The translations under genes and the position numbers were made by a program. DNA of 64,000 nt from Laetmonice hystrix (lineage: Eukaryota), in the NCBI GenBank assembly GCA_965235115.1, contig OZ249450.1, forward strand, positions 4,836,001 through 4,900,000, written 5' to 3'. A model generated the notes under the pieces. The model did no database searches, was not told where the DNA came from, and saw only the letters and a list, made by a program, of their open reading frames with translations. Shown here in pieces: positions 62,201 to 64,000 of the stretch. The first letter of the stretch is position 1. The number at the start of each line of letters is the position of its first letter.

Positions 62201-62996
62201 TCTCCACCAGCCCTGGTGAACCCTTCTCTCCACCAACCCTGGTGAACCCTTCTCTCCACCAACCCAGCCCTGGTGAACCCTTCTCTCCACCAACCCAGCC
62301 CTGGTGAACCCTTCTCTCCACCAACCCAGCCCTGGTGAACCCTTCTCTCCACCAACCCTGGTGAACCCTCCTCTCCACCAACCCTGGTGAACCCTTCTCT
62401 CCACCAACCCAGCTCTGGTGAACCCTTTTCTCCACCAACCCAGCCCTGGTGAACCCTTCTCTCCACCAGCCCTGGTGAACCCTTCTCTCCACCAACCCTG
62501 GTGAACCCTTCTCTCCACCAACCCAGCCCTGGTGAACCCTTCTCTCCACCAGCCCTGGTGAACCCTTCTCTCCACCAACCCAGCTCTGGTGAACCCTTCT
62601 CTCCACCAACCCAGCCCTGGTGAACCCTTCTCTCCACCAACCCAGCTCTGGTGAACCCTTCTCTCCACCAACCCAGCCCTGGTGAACCCTTCTCTCCACC
62701 AACCCTGGTGAACCCTTCTCTCCACCAACCCTGGTGAACCCTTCTCTCCACCAACCCAGCCCTGGTGAACCCTTCTCTCCACCAACCCTGGTGAACCCTT
62801 CTCTCCACCACAGCTGTGGTGACCCTTCTCTCCACCACCCAGCCCTGGTGAACCCTTCTCTCCACCAACCTGGCCAACCCTGGTGAACCCTTCTCTCCAC
62901 CAACCCAGCTCTGTGAGCTTCCCTCACCACATTTGTTCTTCTCTCCACCAACCCAGCTCTGGTGATCTCTTCTCTCCACCAACCCTGGTGAACCCT
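59213..62996. repeat. Large C-rich minisatellite of interspersed 31-bp and 26-bp units (about 125 units)
   Basis: GGTGAACCCTTCTCTCCACCAACCCAGC(C/T)CT and GGTGAACCCTTCTCTCCACCA(A/G)C(C/T)CT; source of the 900-1250-aa ORFs. Confidence 0.98.
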
Positions 62997-63706
62997 ACTA
63001 ACACCTCAACAGAATCACTCACCAGCCGCTAACTCTGCTTCACCTCAGCCACATTTGTTTCCAATACAGCCACACGCATCATGTGACCTGAACGTTTAAC
63101 GACGACAATATGCACTTTTTTTCTCCTTACGCGAAACCAGTGCACTGGTTCCCCACGGCTCCCCACTGGGTATAAACCCTATCTAATAACACATGACCGC
63201 CTCAAGTTATCCTCCTCATTTATTGAGATTATTTATGGTCATACAGAACGGGGGCGTCAGCCGTGAAGAGGATGTGATCATTGTCGAATGAGACCATTTT
63301 AAATGTTTTTAAACTTCAAAACACTTTTTCAACATAACCACATACCACAGCAAACATCATGTTTTTATTGGGCTCATTACACAGGCCGTACTTGCCTGCA
63401 GCGCCCCCCACTGAATCTCAATGTCATACGAAGGTTAAAAATCACATTACCTTTTTCTATAATAACAAGTGGTTGTTTGGGGCTCAAAAAGTTCACTAAT
63501 CCTGAAATGGGTTCTAAGCGAGCCGTTTACAACAAATTAAACATGGTAACTAGGACATCCTCCCGTTCCCCCCTTTACAAATACCTGGCTTGAGTAGACA
63601 TACACTCAGCAGAGCACTCCTGTGGGCAGATAATGAGATAGGTAACTTTCACTCATGTCGAGTTAGTTTACTTGGCATGGTTTATTACTGGTCAGTGACC
63701 ATAAAT

Positions 63707-64000
63707 TACCGTACTTCATTACTGACTTTTAAACTCTATAACATAAGGATATCATATACCGTACTTCATTACTAACTGAACTCTATAACATAAGGATATC
63801 ATATACCGTACTTCATTACTGTTTAACTCTATAACATAAGGATATCATATACCGTACTTCATTACTAACTGTTAAACTCTATAACATAAGGATATCATAT
63901 ACCGTACTTCATTACTGTGAAACTCTATAACATAAGGATATCATATACCGTACTTCATTACTGTTAAACTCTATAACATAAGGATATCATATGTATACCG
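63707..64000. repeat. AT-rich tandem repeat, 46-50-bp unit (6 copies, runs off the right edge)
   Basis: TACCGTACTTCATTACT...AACTCTATAACATAAGGATATCATA at 63707, 63757, 63804, 63850, 63900, 63946. Confidence 0.95.

Noticed and set aside
59054-62982. ORFs of 912-1257 aa (GGEKGSPGLGWWREGFTRAG...)
   Set aside because: Translations of a stop-free minisatellite strand, open in all three minus frames. Indels switch frames freely and there is no domain content.

Overview
Eukaryotic (metazoan, invertebrate-like) genomic DNA, not prokaryotic. The only protein-coding sequence I can support is the first coding exon of an extracellular heparan-sulfate 6-O-endosulfatase (Sulf1/Sulf2 family) on the minus strand (ATG at 20224, donor after 19996). 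It encodes a signal peptide, a basic segment ending RQKR, then KPNIVLVITDDQDSELG, and ends at a phase-1 GTAAG donor. No CxPSR catalytic exon was found by eye, so the next intron is probably at least 20 kb and runs off the window's left edge. Sequence above 20430 is probably 5'-UTR introns/exons and upstream regulatory DNA. About 18 kb (roughly 28%) of the window is tandem repeat: 17 unrelated large-array families with units of 15-104 bp. These account for essentially all long ORFs in the track, which I reject as genes. The rest holds Kolobok-, Harbinger- and hAT-like MITEs, one tRNA-derived SINE, decayed LINE fragments and a 276-nt N gap. The most notable structural signals are: (1) a 46-bp satellite array bracketed by an exact 27-bp direct repeat of flanking DNA, with a sister array 2.3 kb away; (2) a flank-derived insert inside the end of the 59-63 kb array; (3) exact higher-order duplications within arrays. 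Together they suggest template-switch-driven minisatellite spread. I found no convincing evidence of a novel multi-gene system.
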